A DNA stretch of 63,069 nucleotides, counting the filler, from Basidiobolus ranarum (Eukaryota), in NCBI GenBank assembly GCA_040143965.1. It is 45 parts of 45 records of this genome, joined end to end, with 100 filler letters (N's around TTAATTAATTAA, not from the genome) between each part and the next. Parts side by side here need not be neighbours in the genome. Positions count along the whole stretch, not along the records: positions 1 to 1,311 come from JASJQH010005594.1; positions 1,412 to 2,721 come from JASJQH010005595.1; positions 2,822 to 4,131 come from JASJQH010005596.1; positions 4,232 to 5,540 come from JASJQH010005597.1; positions 5,641 to 6,949 come from JASJQH010005598.1; positions 7,050 to 8,358 come from JASJQH010005599.1; positions 8,459 to 9,766 come from JASJQH010005600.1; positions 9,867 to 11,174 come from JASJQH010005601.1; 37 more parts are not named here. One strand, written 5' to 3'. Positions 1 through 11,274 of this stretch are shown in pieces. The first letter of the stretch is position 1, and each line of letters opens with the position of its first letter. Both the position numbers and the translations under genes were made by a program. The notes below the pieces were generated by a model. It had not been told where the DNA came from. It saw only the letters and a program-made list of their open reading frames with translations, and ran no database searches.

Positions 1-1310
1 ATCTAGCAGCAAGTCCTCAAAGTTGTCTGGACTTACTGGTTCAACAAAAGTTGCATTTTGACCTACATCAGTCTGGTTATAAAACTGTGGTAACTCCATG
101 GTATCTTGACTTTTGGCAGTGTTACCAAAACTTTGAGGCAAACTACAGTCAGTGGACTCAATAGGCAAAACTAAAGTCAATTTAGTGCACTTATTACTGT
201 TGTTATACACCAGGCTTTGTGCAGCTGGTGGCTTTGTACAGTGACTGTGCTTGTGATTATTTTTTCTATGAAGCCTCTGGCTTTCATAGCACAAGAATTT
301 GTGACAATAATAGCAGGGCTTCTTTAAACATTTGTGTTGCGGCATGAGAAGGATATTGTGGAAAAAAGAACACCTCCCACATAAGGGTGGTATTTTAGGT
401 ATAGCCCATCAATATCATCAGCTGATTCTGAGATGGTGTCACAGATGAGTCATCAGGGGATTTACAAGATATTTCCAGTAATGGATGGCAATTTTGGTTT
501 ATTATAAGCTGTTTCTAAGCAATTTCATTACACCAAGTTTACCATCTGAAAATTTCAATGCCATTCAAAAAGTGTTCAAAATCTAAGTCAAAATCGGCTT
601 CCAAGCCAAAGCCTGCTGGCACAAAAGGAAAAAAACCAGCAACTAGTCAACAGTTAGATAGTCACTCAACAATGATACAAGACCTTCAGAATGCTGTTCT
701 TGAGCTACAGCAACATGCTGCTCCCTCCATCCATTCTCATACGGGATTTCAGTCAATCCCACACCATACATATGAACGTCACCGTGACAATCTAGCAGAG
801 CAGAATATGTGTTGGACCATTAAGCCTACACAACAACCCAAAATTGCTTGGGCACATGAAAGTAGAAATCTCATAGGACAACTGGCAAACCAAAAGATTG
901 CAAATGTTGGAGCTGCCATCACTTGCTCTGATGATGAGTGGTTTAACATTTTGGAAACTGTGAGGAATCTTGCCTGAAATCTACTGGATTTGAGTCAGTC
1001 ATGGAAAAACCAAAAACCGGGCATTACTCTCAAGGTTCTTGACTTATTTCATGTGGCTTATCCTGGTTTTCTGCATGCAAATGGCAATTGGGCTAGTATA
1101 GGCCTATTCATGAAACATCTCAAAAATATACGCAATAATTGATTTGGAAAAGAAAGAAAAGCAGCTAAAGAAGTACTAAAGGAGCAGAAAGTTAGTAAAC
1201 CCAAGGGAAAAGCAAAGGAGCCAGTGAGTTTAGGCTCTACTGTCCCACTAACAAAATTCTTCACACCATTATGAAGATCTGCAATTCCAGAGTCAGATAT
1301 ACTTGCAAAA
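1..1310. mobile_element. CACTA/EnSpm-type element, central divergent region: transposase 5' part on minus (about 1-270) and accessory ORF1 on plus (558 onward, decayed)
   Basis: Homologous to 8880-9766, 12682-13988, 53746-54677 and 61772-63069; ORF 558-977 matches 62102-62500. Confidence 0.8.
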
Positions 1311-1411
1311 ANNNNNNNNNNNNNNNNNNNNNNNNNNNNNNNNNNNNNNNNNNNNTTAATTAATTAANNNNNNNNNNNNNNNNNNNNNNNNNNNNNNNNN
1401 NNNNNNNNNNN
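1311..1411. other. Artificial contig-joining spacer (N45-TTAATTAATTAA-N44); first of 44 such spacers, about every 1.4 kb
   Basis: Identical six-frame-stop 12-mer embedded in N runs recurs throughout; contig lengths fall steadily from 1310 to about 1298. Confidence 0.98.
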
Positions 1412-2721
1412 TACCAAATTAGCTACTGGGATCAATACTGAAAACTTGTACAAGCTAGAAATCAACAAATTGCATTCTGAGCATGCAACCTTGGCCAAAA
1501 CTGGTGAAATAAGTTGTCAAACTTGGCATAGAAGATTATGCCATATTGGGGAACAAAAACTGACCTAAATGATCTTAAATCAGCTTTTTCAGGCTTTGAA
1601 ATTGGAAATATCACTAGATTGCAACTGTGTGAAGGTTGCATCTATTGAAAACATCACAGACAGCAGTTTTCAAGCTCTGGAGAGATCAAATCCAATCACA
1701 ATTTTGCCATGATTCATTCTGACCTATGTGGGCCCATGAAAAACATCTCACTAGGTGGGATATGGCACTTTATGACCTTTATTGATGTCAAAACAAGATT
1801 TATTTGGGTACCCAATTATATCCAAGAGTAATACAGGACCAAGAATATCATCCAGAAGGAGAAATAAGCCAGGTAACTGGTGGAACACTTCCAATGGTGA
1901 TGTAAATGCTTATGCAGTATTCTGTGACAAGCCAAGGACTCTAGAACAAGCCCTGGAGTGTCCTAATCAAAATTATGGGAAAAAGCAATGTGAGATGAGC
2001 TTTCTTCACTTCAGGACAGTAAAATGTTGGTTTTAAGTCCTCTTCCATCAGGGAGAAAGCTGATAGTTTGCAAATGGGTCTACAAGATCCAAAACAAAGC
2101 TGATTGAACCATAGAAAGGTAAAAAGCATGATTAGTTGCAAAAGGCTATTCCCAGACTACAGGAGTTGATTTTAATGAGGCTTTTGTTCCAGTAGCTAAG
2201 TTTAATTCCTTTAGATCAATTCTGGTACTCTCAGTCATCCATAACCTTGATCTACATCAAATGGATGTAAAAACAGACGTTCTGAATAAAATCCAGAAGA
2301 AGAGATCTATATGGAGCAACCAGATGGAATTGTTGACCCTTAACATCCTCTATGGTCTGTAAACTGCAATAATTGCTATATGGACTCAAGCAAGCACCCA
2401 GGGCTTGGTACAACAAGATAGATACCTATTTGGAAACTTGGGATATCCCAAAATGCACAGCAGATCACAGTATTTACATGAAAACAACCAGAAATAGAGT
2501 CCTAATCTGGGCACTGTATGTGGTTGACTTAATCATAGCAACAAATGATCTAGAAGCACTTAATCAGACAACAAGCAGCTTATCAAACCAATATCAGATG
2601 ACTGATATGGGTGAATTAAGTTATATTCATGAAATCCAAATCAAGAGAGATAAACCCAATCAGAAAATCATGCTGAATAAGTCTAGATACATCCTAGACA
2701 TCCTAAAACACTTCAACATGG
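1412..2721 (+). mobile_element. Ty1/copia pol relic (GAG-pre-integrase, integrase, RT), internally deleted
   Basis: WHRRLCH, IHSDLCGPM, LYGLKQAPRAWY and degenerate YVDD (LYVVDLII) motifs with stops and frameshifts. Confidence 0.92.
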
Positions 2722-2821
2722 NNNNNNNNNNNNNNNNNNNNNNNNNNNNNNNNNNNNNNNNNNNNTTAATTAATTAANNNNNNNNNNNNNNNNNNNNNNN
2801 NNNNNNNNNNNNNNNNNNNNN

Positions 2822-3207
2822 CAGTCAAATATGTGCATATGTAGAGACTAAACACAACAAGATTCTTGTATTTTTTGATTCTCATTATGGCTGGAATACA
2901 AAGCCTAAAATATCTAAATAAAGGCATGCATAATACTTCGAATTCCTACAGCAGTAAACCCAGTAAGTTGCCATTTGAAAATTGTATTTTTGCAAAAATT
3001 GCTGGTTATTGAATAACGCATGCCAAATTTGAGGATCAATATTTTAACATGTATGAATACCGTCAAGATACCATCAAGAAACTGCCGTCACACCATCAAA
3101 ATACCTGGCAGAATGCAAGCCAGCAATATTGTGATGGTTCTCTGACGGTTTTGCTATTTCAGAGGGTGGATCCGATCCGGATCAAATCGATTTTATTTTT
3201 GTTAGGG
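2822..3207 (+). mobile_element. CACTA/EnSpm-type element right end
   Basis: Ends ...GGATCCGATCCGGATC...TTTTTGTTAGGG, the inverted match of left end CCCTAACAGAAAT; homologous to 31890-32251 and 42171-42255. Confidence 0.82.
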
Positions 3208-3215
3208 TATGATAC

Positions 3216-3533
3216 TGTTGGATAATTAATCTTTATTCAACATCATAGTTTAGTTTAGTTATGGTACTTATATCAGAAACAGAGAGCAACATATCTATAG
3301 CCCCTATATTCTAAACAGGAATATCTCTATATCTATATAACAAGTATGTCTTATTAACCCCACTTATCTATTATACCTTATTACACAAACTGCTGAATAT
3401 CTCAAACAATTAATTTGCTTCTGTACTATATAAGTCACCACATACTCTTAAGAATAAAGTAACTAAAACCACACTATCATAAGTTGCTTCTAATACCCAA
3501 AGTCTACCCCCATTATGTCAAGATCCTCCAACA
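3216..3533 (+). repeat. 5' LTR of a copia element (LTR-D, 318 bp)
   Basis: TGTTGGA...TCCAACA inverted termini, followed directly by PBS TGGTAGCAG and gag; same LTR follows a PPT at 25432. Confidence 0.88.
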
Positions 3534-3543
3534 TGGTAGCAGT
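3534..3543 (+). promoter_or_regulatory. Primer binding site (tRNA-iMet 3'-end type)
   Basis: TGGTAGCAG immediately after the LTR CA terminus. Confidence 0.75.
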
Positions 3544-3579
3544 GAGTTAAATAGAGTCTTCTTACCAAAAGGAGATTAC

Positions 3580-4131
3580 AAATATTCAAACATTCCATGG
3601 GGAAGATTTTGATGAATGGAAATTCAAGATGCAACTTGTGCTTGAAGGGAAACATGTCTGGGAAGTAGTTCAACCAGATGAAGACAAAGATACTTATGAA
3701 GAAGAAAGCACAGACTCTGACACTGAAACAAAGAAGCCAACACATAAAGAAGCCATGGCATCCTTCAAAGAAAAAGACATACTGGCATTTAGAGATATAT
3801 GTCTAAGACTGGGATCACAACAACTTGTGCTAGTGAGAGATGCTGACTCTGCCAAGAATGCATGGGAAATCCTAGTGTAAGATCATGAGCAAAAAGGGCT
3901 TGCTAACTTGATGATGCTATAAAGAAAATTCTTAAACTCTTGTTTGTCTAAGGATTCAGATATTACAACATATGTACATGGTGTTAAGAAACTTTCCCAG
4001 CAACTGGAATCAGTGAATTATGAAGTACCTGAAATGGATATAACTCTTACCATAATCAATGATCTCCCTAAATCATATTCAGCCCTTGTACTCACTTTGG
4101 AAGCAATTGGGGATAAGCTTACTCATCATTA
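3580..4131 (+). pseudogene. Copia gag (DUF4219/UBN2-like), decayed
   Basis: WKFKMQLVLEGKHVWEVV, SAKNAWEIL and IINDLPKSYSALV motifs; in-frame stops. Confidence 0.85.
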
Positions 4132-4232
4132 NNNNNNNNNNNNNNNNNNNNNNNNNNNNNNNNNNNNNNNNNNNNTTAATTAATTAANNNNNNNNNNNNN
4201 NNNNNNNNNNNNNNNNNNNNNNNNNNNNNNNC

Positions 4233-4613
4233 CCTCATACCCAGGCTGGGCACTCACTTCAGAAAAGAGGAGGCAGAGGTGGTTGGGATGACTGCTGTGA
4301 TGATTGTTGTGATGACTGCTGCTGGGATGATTGCTGTGATGACTGTTGTGATGATTGCTGTGATGATTGTTGTGATGACTGCTGCTGGGATGATTGCTGT
4401 GATGACTGCTGCTGGGATGACTGTTGTGATGATTGCTGTGATGATTGTTGTGATGACTGCTGCTGTGATGACTGTTGTGATGATTGCTGTGATGATTGTT
4501 GTGATGACTGCTGCTGGGATGATTGCTGTGATGATTGCTGCAGTGATGACTGCTGTGATGATTGCTGCTGGGATGATTGCTGTGATGACTGCTGTGATGA
4601 TTGCTGCTGCTAG
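4233..4613 (+). CDS. Secreted Asp/Cys-repeat peptide precursor, copy 1 (5'-truncated by contig edge): PHTQAGHSLQKR-GGRGGW(DDCC)25 with W/C/S spacers, ends CCC-stop
   Basis: 126 open codons to TAG at 4611-4613; variation among repeats is almost all synonymous in this frame (GAT/GAC, TGT/TGC); identical to the N-terminally complete copy at 5356. Confidence 0.85.
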   Translation, partial: PHTQAGHSLQKRGGRGGWDDCCDDCCDDCCWDDCCDDCCDDCCDDCCDDCCWDDCCDDCCWDDCCDDCCDDCCDDCCCDDCCDDCCDDCCDDCCWDDCCDDCCSDDCCDDCCWDDCCDDCCDDCCC

Positions 4614-5274
4614 CCAATTAGCCAAGTCAGTGACCATAGGCCCATGCAAAGGATCCCAAAGAATTTTGTTTTGTAAACCAAGTGCCTTCATTGCCACCAT
4701 CTTTTTGACTTCCTTTGTTCCCCATTTTGAAAACTACTATGAAATAAATGTTTTTCCCTGATTGAAAATGATTCCACTTGTTCATCCAATTTTGCTCCCA
4801 ACAACAAATTATGGGATTACTCTCCAAGAGAAGCAGCCAATATTTCCACTTCTTAGGGTTAGTGAAAAATAATAATATTTAATGGGAAAGGGCTACAAAA
4901 TTGGAAATCCCAACTTGGAAAATTTTAGCATCTCTTCTTAGGCCACTGGCTAATTTCCTAAATTTCATCCTGGATGGGATTGGAACCCATCACCATCAGA
5001 GTGATCAGTTTCATCCCAGCCACTAGGCCATCACCAGCTTATATGAGATTATGATGATGACTCCAATTAATCTGTTCACTTGATGGGCTAGACCCAATTG
5101 GATCTGAGAGTTGAGTATAAGACAGGTGGCAGTGATTATAGCTATCAGCAGCCTAGAAATCAAGCATGAGCCAAAGGTCAGTGATCATGGATATTATCAG
5201 CATGGGATGTGAGGAGTATCCAATGGCCTGATTTCCATCCCATCAGGGTTAGAAGTCTCATGTTAGTCTTCTTG

Positions 5275-5281
5275 TATATAA
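5275..5281 (+). promoter_or_regulatory. TATA box of the DDCC peptide gene
   Basis: TATATAA about 80 nt upstream of ATG 5356, followed by a pyrimidine-rich leader. Confidence 0.6.
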
Positions 5282-5355
5282 GAGGAGTATTTGCTTCTAC
5301 ACTTAGCACCAACCTCTTCATCCCCACAGCCAATCTTCTATTCTATATCTCCAAT

Positions 5356-5540
5356 ATGAAGTTCTCCATCTCCAAAGTTACCTTGGTTACCCTGTTCAGT
5401 CTTGTTTTCATGAGCAAGGTACTCTCCCTCCCTCATACCCAGGCTGGGCACTCACTTCAGAAAAGAGGAGGCAGAGGTGGTTGGGATGACTGCTGTGATG
5501 ATTGTTGTGATGACTGCTGCTGGGATGATTGCTGTGATGA
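5356..5540 (+). CDS. Secreted Asp/Cys-repeat peptide precursor, copy 2 (5' part; runs off contig)
   Basis: MKFSISKVTLVTLFSLVFMSKVLS signal-peptide-like segment, then LPHTQAGHSLQKR pro-segment ending in a Kex2 site, then GGRGGWDDCC repeats. Confidence 0.85.
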
Positions 5541-5640
5541 NNNNNNNNNNNNNNNNNNNNNNNNNNNNNNNNNNNNNNNNNNNNTTAATTAATTAANNNN
5601 NNNNNNNNNNNNNNNNNNNNNNNNNNNNNNNNNNNNNNNN

Positions 5641-6535
5641 AATCAAAACTAAAACCTTATAAAAGCTTGGATTTTGAAGGGGTCCTGCTAATAGTATCAT
5701 AGTGGAGATGGCAAGATCAATGTTACATCATCAAAAGTTAGATTAGCAATATTAGGCTCAATCTATCTCCACTGCAGCCTATATCAAAGACTGATGCTCA
5801 ATACAATTGCTACAAAATTATACTCTATTTGTAGACCTATATGGATGAAACCAAGTGTCAATCATCTCAGGACCTTTGGATGCAATGCATATAGCCTAAT
5901 TCCAGCTCAAAAAAGCTCTTGATTGTAACCAAAAAGCAGAAAATGCATTTTTCCTGGTTGCTGTGTTGGAACTAAGTCATACAGACTGTTTGATACCAAA
6001 AAATTGCAAGTTAATCAAGTGCAGAGGTATACATTTTGACAAAAAAGCAATATTTTATCTCAAATCACAGTTTGTTATCCAGAAAAAACAATTAGCACTA
6101 TTTAGGAAGTGTCCGATGAGATTCCAGCTGTATGTGAGCCCTATTTAACCAAAAATCCAGCCCCAATTACCTTGGTGGATGATTTGGGAATTAGAAGATC
6201 ATCCAGAACAAGTAATAGGACATGGAGCTGGTGAAACACTTCCAATGAGGATGTGTCTGTGGATGCAGCATTTGGTGACAAGTCACCAACTGTGGATCAA
6301 GCTCTGGAGTGTCCAGAATTGAAATAATGAGAAAAAGCAATGTCTGACAAGTATTCTTTGCTTCAGGATAGAAGAATGTGGGTTCAAAATCCTCTGCCAT
6401 CAGGTACAAAGCCAATGGTATGCTAATGTGTCTAAAAGATCAAAAATGAGCTAATTAAACCATGCAAAGGTCCAAAGCAAGATTAGTTGCAAATGATAAT
6501 TCCCAGACTCTAGGAGTTGATTTCAATAGACTTAT
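5641..6535 (+). mobile_element. Copia integrase to RT relic
   Basis: Degenerate VEMARSML, HLRTFGCNAY and ARLVA motifs; homologous to 1790-2180. Confidence 0.8.
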
Positions 6536-6546
6536 TCCCTTTTATT

Positions 6547-6949
6547 GAGCCAGATCAGGCCAGCTAAAGAGTGTGCCAGCACAAATTGGCATGATTGGGC
6601 ACTATCTGGCACAATGTTATTTACCATTTGGAAAAAGTTTATTTTACTTATGTGGTATGTTGAAGAAAATTACTTTTAGACGTTATTGCACATTCAAAAG
6701 ATAATGAAAGCTTTATTCATAGTGTCTTAAGCTTAGAGCTCTCAATGGATGTCTTGGAGTATGGATGTATTGAGAATTAATCAAGATTTTGACTACTTTA
6801 CTTAACTTTGATTGAGGCCCACAAAATGATTTTCCTCCATACTTTCCTGCTACAATGCTATATCTCTTTAGGAAACCAAAGCTATGTTCTACTCTTGCTC
6901 TAAAATGGGAAAAAATGTCATTATAAAGCTTTTGCCTCTCTGTGAGTAT
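6547..6949 (-). mobile_element. PIF/Harbinger (ISL2EU/IS5-like, DDE_Tnp_4) transposon 3' end; transposase C-terminus at 6713-6949
   Basis: Minus strand reads LTERQKLYNDIFSHFRARVEHSFGFLKRY, matching the N-x-x-x-S-x-x-R-x-x-VE-x-x-FG-x-LK signature; second copy with the same terminus at 23929-24175. Confidence 0.72.
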
Positions 6950-7049
6950 NNNNNNNNNNNNNNNNNNNNNNNNNNNNNNNNNNNNNNNNNNNNTTAATTA
7001 ATTAANNNNNNNNNNNNNNNNNNNNNNNNNNNNNNNNNNNNNNNNNNNN

Positions 7050-8358
7050 TCACTACCAGAATCTGAAAAGTCAAGGTTTCTTTGAGAACACGTATGATCA
7101 TGCATTTGCATTGGCTCTGGATGGTTTCTCACTAAACAAATATACCATTGGAAAGGCTTGCTGGCCAATAATTTTAATCAACTTAAATCTTCCTCCTTCT
7201 GAACGGTATAAGAGTCATAATATTTTGATACTATCCATCATATCTGGACCTAAATCACCAGTGCTTATAGATAGCTTCTTGGAGCCTTTGATTACAGAAT
7301 TTGAATGGTTATCTAATGGGGTTCAGATGGGTGAATATTTTATTAAAGCTAATATCATTGTATGTATTGGTGACACTCCTGCCATCAGTAAACTTGGAGG
7401 TTTTTGTGGGCACAATGCACTATCCTGCTGTAGATTTTATCAAATTAATGGAGTTTACTCTAACAGGCATACACATTACTAGTATCCAAATACAACACTA
7501 AACTTCATGATTTTGCTGTCAAGAGCCCAGTCAGATTTCAACATGATCACTGATATTGATTTACCAAATAGTCAGTCTAACATCAAACTTAGCATTAGCC
7601 ATAAGCTTAAGATTATATTGCTAAAAGGGATTAGCTGGAGCCAGAGCATCCCTTTATGCACTATGCACTTACTATTCAACAACATTCTTAAACTGCTTAC
7701 TCAGCTCTATGGTGGAAAATTCAATATGAATGAGCTGCTCAAGATAAGTTCAAAGATTGAATTGATTGGGAAAATGCTTGAAAAATTCAAGATACCATTG
7801 TATTTTACCAGGACTCCCATCAATATCCACTCATCTGGGCATTTATTCAAATGCAAAGACTGGTATTATTGGAGTTGTATATATTCAAGTGGAATTTTGA
7901 AAAGATTTCTGCCTGATAAGTATTGCAACATTGGGAGTTGTTTGTCAATATTGTTGATATATACTTATGGCATCTACTCACATTGGCCGATCTCAGTCAG
8001 ATACAGCAACTGTGTGAAGATTTTGTAATTGAATATGAAAACTTTATTACAGGTTTAAAGAAGATAGACTGAATCTATGCCAGTATTCAATACATTCCCT
8101 GCTGCGTCTTTCACAATGCTTAGAGATTATAGGCCCTTGCTATACATCCTGGGAGTTCCCAATGGAGCACACCTGTGGTGAAATGATGCTCTGTGTGAAA
8201 TCATTGGTATTACTGTATGCTAATCTGATTAACAATGTATTAGCAAAATCAGTGATGGATGTAATGTGATGGGTTAAGGAGACTCCAGAGTAAATTAACC
8301 TCCCACTAAAGGGCTCTGTTCAATGTGCTCATGGGTTTTTGCATTGTTTAAGCACAAT
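7050..8358 (+). pseudogene. CACTA/EnSpm Tnp2-family transposase (Transposase_21 plus DUF4218 region), frameshifted
   Basis: LDGFS...CWPIILINLNLPPSERYK...GPKSP...GDTPAISKLGGFCGHNA, then decayed SIHSLLHL and WEFPME motifs. Confidence 0.92.
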
Positions 8359-8494
8359 NNNNNNNNNNNNNNNNNNNNNNNNNNNNNNNNNNNNNNNNNN
8401 NNTTAATTAATTAANNNNNNNNNNNNNNNNNNNNNNNNNNNNNNNNNNNNNNNNNNNNGCAAAATCTGGAACTATCACAGAAAACAAGTCCACC

Positions 8495-9766
8495 ATTCAG
8501 AAGGAGAAAATTCTGAATTGATTAAAATTATTGGCTAGCAAGCCTTTCCAATGGTACATTTGTTTAGTGAGAAGCCATCTGGAGCCAATGCAAATGCATG
8601 ATCATATGTGTTCTCAAAGAAACCTTGACTTTTCAGATTGTGGTAGTGAAATCCATGAAGTATATTGGTAATACCATCAGCTTTACAGTAAGTACTTGGG
8701 TATTGGATCAATGATCTATATTTGAGTGATTTCATCAAAACTTTAAGATGGGGAATCAATGGTATGTAAACCAAAAATGAACGATATTTACTTGATTGAG
8801 TGATTTCCAATTGTGTGCAAACAGTACATGACTTCAGGTTTTTCAGATCACCGGCTAAAGCCAAACAACCATTTGGACATCAAGGTAGTTTAATTACTGA
8901 GGGATTATAAGTCATACAATTGACAAAGGTTTTCCACTTGTGCCAGGTCTGTGGCAAGCAACAGTTGCCAATCAAATGTGGTAAAGGTGCAAGAAAACCA
9001 ATAAACACCTGCTTGCTAAAATTGGATTGAACTCTCAACTCCTCAATAATCAAAGCTGCCTCCTTTACAGTAAGTGTCTTGAGTGGACTAATGTTTTCCA
9101 GTAACAAAGAGTCCATAACAAGACCTTCTTCTTCTTCTTCAACTTCTGATATACTACCTTTGGTACTGGAATAACCAAGGTCACTATCTAACTGTAAGTC
9201 CTCAAAGTTGTCTGGACTTACTGGTTTGACCAAAGTTTCATTATGACCTATATCATACTGGTCATATAACTGTGGTAACTCCATGGTATCTTGACTTTTG
9301 GCTGTGTTACCAAAACTTTGAGGTAAACAAAAGTCAGTGGACTCAATGGGCAAAAATAAAGTTGATTTAGTGCACTTATTACTGTTGCTATACAACAGGC
9401 TTTGTGGAGCTAGTGGCTTTGTACAGTGACCATGATTGTGATTATTTTTTCAATTAAGTCCCCGGCTTTCATAGCTCAAGAATTTGTGACAATAATAGCA
9501 GGGCATCTTTAAATGTTGGTGTTGTGGCATGAGAAGGATATTGTAAAAAAGGAACACCTCCCACATAAGGGTGATATTTTAGGTATAGCCCTTCAATATC
9601 AGCAGCTGATTCTGAGATAGTGTCACAGATGAGTCATCAAGGGATTTACAAGATATTTCTGGTAATGGATGGCAATTTTGGTTTATTTTAAGCTGTGTCT
9701 GAGCAATTTTATTACACCAAGTTTACCATCTGAAAATTTCAATGCCATTCAAAAAGCATTAAAAAT
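8495..9766 (-). mobile_element. CACTA transposase N-terminal half and upstream region
   Basis: ORFs 8535-8864 and 8880-9395 overlap the start of the 7050 copy. Confidence 0.85.
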
Positions 9767-9865
9767 NNNNNNNNNNNNNNNNNNNNNNNNNNNNNNNNNN
9801 NNNNNNNNNNTTAATTAATTAANNNNNNNNNNNNNNNNNNNNNNNNNNNNNNNNNNNNNNNNNNN

Positions 9866-10341
9866 NGCAGGAGAGTACTTGGGTGTAGGCCCCAAGCAAG
9901 ACAAGACTGGACAAGGAAGATACTTTGGCAAGAATATTTATTGATAACTGGCATTGATTAGACTGAGGTCTGATTAAGGAATACAAGGGGCTCATATAGA
10001 TATTGCAAGGTGAAACATAATATACTGAATAGGGAATATACTGTGGCAAGTTCAAGAATTGGGGTGTTGGGGACTACAAGGACCAATACAAAGATGGATG
10101 ATGTAAGGATCATCAGGTGACCATCCATGGAAGATCTTTCAGAAATACACTATATGTGGGATGACATGATTAGGTAGGTTTCATGGAATGTTCTAAAGAA
10201 CATGACTTCCATAAAAGGTAATCTGGATGAACTAACACAAGATTGCCGAGAAGGGATGGCACAGTAGATATGATGTCATAATCTAATAATAGAGGAGTTC
10301 TATTTGCAGTGGATCAGTATACAAAGATAAGAATCATGACA
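9866..10341 (-). repeat. Ty3/gypsy 3' LTR (partial)
   Basis: Begins TGTCATGA after a purine tract (AAAGAAGGGGAAAC); copies at 29261-29444 and 37964-38207. Confidence 0.75.
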
Positions 10342-11174
10342 GTTTCCCCTTCTTTAGTGCTGGCTTCTAGATATCATAGGGCCAGATATTTATGGGTATG
10401 CTTCATTAAACTCCTGGCAAAGTTCCTTTGAATTGGAAAGATTTGTTGCTGGCTCCCATGATTGATCATTTGTTGAGTATCCCTTCCAGTCTACTAAATA
10501 TTGCAATTTATGTCAATAAATTCTGGAATCTAGGATTTTGCTAACTTCATATTCAGGGTGTTCTTCCACTAGGATTGCTGGGGATGGGTCAATGGATTGG
10601 CCCTGGAAGGTGTTTCTGGCATGTGGCTCTAAGAGAGGCACATGGAATACACTGTGGACTTTGAAATGGGCAGGGAGTTCAAGGCCAAAGGCTACTGAAT
10701 TGATTTGATTAATAATTGTCAAAGGCCCTAGTCTTTTATGATCCAGTTTATCACAAGGTCTAGCGGTTTTGATTTTTTCCAGAGTAGCCAAACATAATCT
10801 CCTGGCTTGTGATCTGGGCTTGGCTATCTTTTCTTATCAGCAAAGCTCATGTATTGGGATTGAGCATGCTCCGACTCAGATATTAATTATTTATGGATGT
10901 CCTTAAGGAAAGTGGCATGGTCTGAGACAGCAGGGCAAGGTACATTGGATGGTGGGTGAATTGTGAAACAAGGATGGAATCCATAATTTGCAAAGAAAGG
11001 AGTTTGCTTTGTTGAGATATGATAAGAGTTGTTGTAAGCAAATTCAGCAAGAGGCAAGAGTTGTGTCCAATTATCTTGATTATAGTTGATAGTGCATTGC
11101 AAATATTGTTCCAAAACTTGATTGACTCTTTCTGTTTGGCCATCAGATTAGGGATGGAAGGCAGTGGAGAGATT
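10342..11174 (-). mobile_element. Ty3/gypsy chromovirus integrase C-terminus with chromodomain, decayed
   Basis: [47 protein letters not shown]...YLVDWKGY...SWEP. Confidence 0.92.
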
Positions 11175-11274
11175 NNNNNNNNNNNNNNNNNNNNNNNNNN
11201 NNNNNNNNNNNNNNNNNNTTAATTAATTAANNNNNNNNNNNNNNNNNNNNNNNNNNNNNNNNNNNNNNNNNNNN

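Noticed and set aside
1356-1367. Periodic TTAATTAATTAA palindrome as a biological motif
   Set aside because: Always embedded in N runs; a six-frame-stop assembly linker
4180-4761. His/Ser/Asn-rich (4180-4617), Ile/Thr/Ala-rich (4254-4700) and Met/Val-rich (4279-4761) ORFs
   Set aside because: Shadow frames of the DDCC repeat; only the DDCC frame has a signal peptide, a Kex2 site and synonymous-only variation
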